A stretch of DNA of 63,910 bases, counting the filler, from Folioceros fuciformis (lineage: Eukaryota): the NCBI GenBank assembly GCA_049999805.1. It is 7 parts of 7 records of this genome, joined end to end, with 100 filler letters (N's around TTAATTAATTAA, not from the genome) between each part and the next. Parts side by side here need not be neighbours in the genome. Positions count along the whole stretch, not along the records: positions 62,837 to 63,910 come from JBNGIO010001215.1; 6 more parts are not named here. The stretch is one strand, 5' to 3'. Positions 62,837 through 63,910 of the stretch are shown here, in pieces (position 1 is the first letter of the stretch; every line of letters begins with the position of its first letter). Position numbers and translations under genes: made by a program. The notes beneath the pieces were generated by a model that made no database searches, was not told the origin of the DNA, and worked only from the letters and a program-made list of their open reading frames with translations.

Positions 62837-63910
62837 GTTGCCGATTACTGAGGATGAGGACAGGCTCCCGTTCAACCCACCGCTGCGCCTCCTCCTCCGT
62901 CAGTTCCTCCAAGATTGCCTCAGAATAGCAATGAGGCAGCCCCCATACCCGCCAACGGTAGTAGTACATGCCCCTGCGGGTCTTCAATTGTAGGCCGTAG
63001 CCCCGCGTCCCTCCTGTGCCCACGCGTACATACAAAAATAGCTTCAAAATTCGGGCTCCCTCCACGTAGAGGCCTGGCACATAAGAAGCCTCCTCATCAT
63101 ATTGCAGCATAACCTGACCCTCTGTCATAAGGGAGGTGCTTACCCCTTCCTCCCTTGGGCTACTTTGGGCTGCCTGACCCTTGCTCTCCTAGGGTACCTG
63201 AGAGTCCTCCATTCCTCCGGCTGCTACTGCTTCCTCCAGCTCTGTCCGCCTGGTGCGAGTCGCCCTCCTGGAACGCCTGGGCATAGGCACCCTGGCTCTT
63301 GCTACTCCGGCTACCGGGGTTGTGACTTCGGCTACCAGGGTCACACCACCCTTCCAGTAGCCCCTTCAACTACCTCGGGCGGCACGAGACTACCGGTAGC
63401 CCCCCCGGCTACCGGTTGTGAAACTGGACTACCAGTAGCCCCTTCGGCTACCGGTTCTGAAATTGGACTACCGGTAGCCCCTCCGGCTACCGGTGTCGCC
63501 GTCCGGCCACAGCACCCAGCCTTGCCCTTCCCTTTTACTAGCTCCCTGGCCTCATCCCGCTCCCGTTTGTACCTGTACTCCAGCTTCTGGGCTTGTTCCA
63601 TCGCAGTCATCTCCTACTCCTGAGCCTCCGCCAGCTCCTGCTGTATTTCCAAATTAGTTTCATGGGCTACCCTCACCTGAGCTAGGAGCGACTCCTGTTG
63701 CTCCATCAGCGCCTCGATCTTTGCCTTGGCCTGGCGTGCCTCTCCCTCTGCTTGTGCCTTGCCCTCACTCAGGACCCGCCGCTCTTCTTCCAGAAGCCGT
63801 CGTGCCGTTTCTGACTATGCCAGCCGTCTCTAGGCTTTGGATTCCTTTCCTCTTGCCTTTGCCTCTCCACTTCGGGCCTCGGCCTCCTTCTCTGCCTGCC
63901 TGCTTAGCCA
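62837..63910 (-). pseudogene. Degenerate coiled-coil-rich ORF with 13-aa repeats, probably transposon-derived
   Basis: E/A/R/K-rich frame interrupted by TAG stops (..LEIQQELAEAQE*EMTAMEQAQKLEYRYKRERDEAREL..); no introns; no family recognised. Confidence 0.4.
63350..63495. repeat. 39-bp tandem repeat, about 4 copies (PVAxGATGSPxSx on -)
   Basis: actacc(a/g)gtagccc recurs at 63389, 63428 and 63467. Confidence 0.9.

Overview
Eukaryotic land-plant nuclear DNA. It has short GT-AG introns, plant-specific gene families and TTTAGGG-type telomeric motifs. The compact gene spacing suggests a small-genome, possibly non-seed plant, but that is inference only. The window is seven contigs joined by six identical 100-nt artificial linkers (N44-TTAATTAATTAA-N44), so adjacency across linkers means nothing. 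Contig 1 (1-28982) is gene-rich: kinesin-8, an unusually large two-exon DUF4228/PADRE-like gene, an IRX7/FRA8-like GT47 glycosyltransferase, an intron-rich bacterial-type FAD oxidoreductase-Rieske gene followed only 31 nt later by a twin-CX9C protein ORF (candidate dicistronic locus), and a GT-1 trihelix factor. Contigs 2, 3, 5 and 7 hold decayed and nested Ty3/gypsy, Ty1/copia and LINE elements plus two recurring repeat families. One repeat copy carries a universal-stress-protein gene fragment, and two copia elements carry antisense accessory ORFs. Contig 4 holds a DBP10/DDX54-type DEAD-box helicase. Contig 6 holds an intronless HD2/HDT gene, a 16-exon cytosolic-type glutathione reductase and a divergent single-DUF26 (Gnk2-like) secreted protein. 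Exon boundaries were read by eye and no database searches were run.
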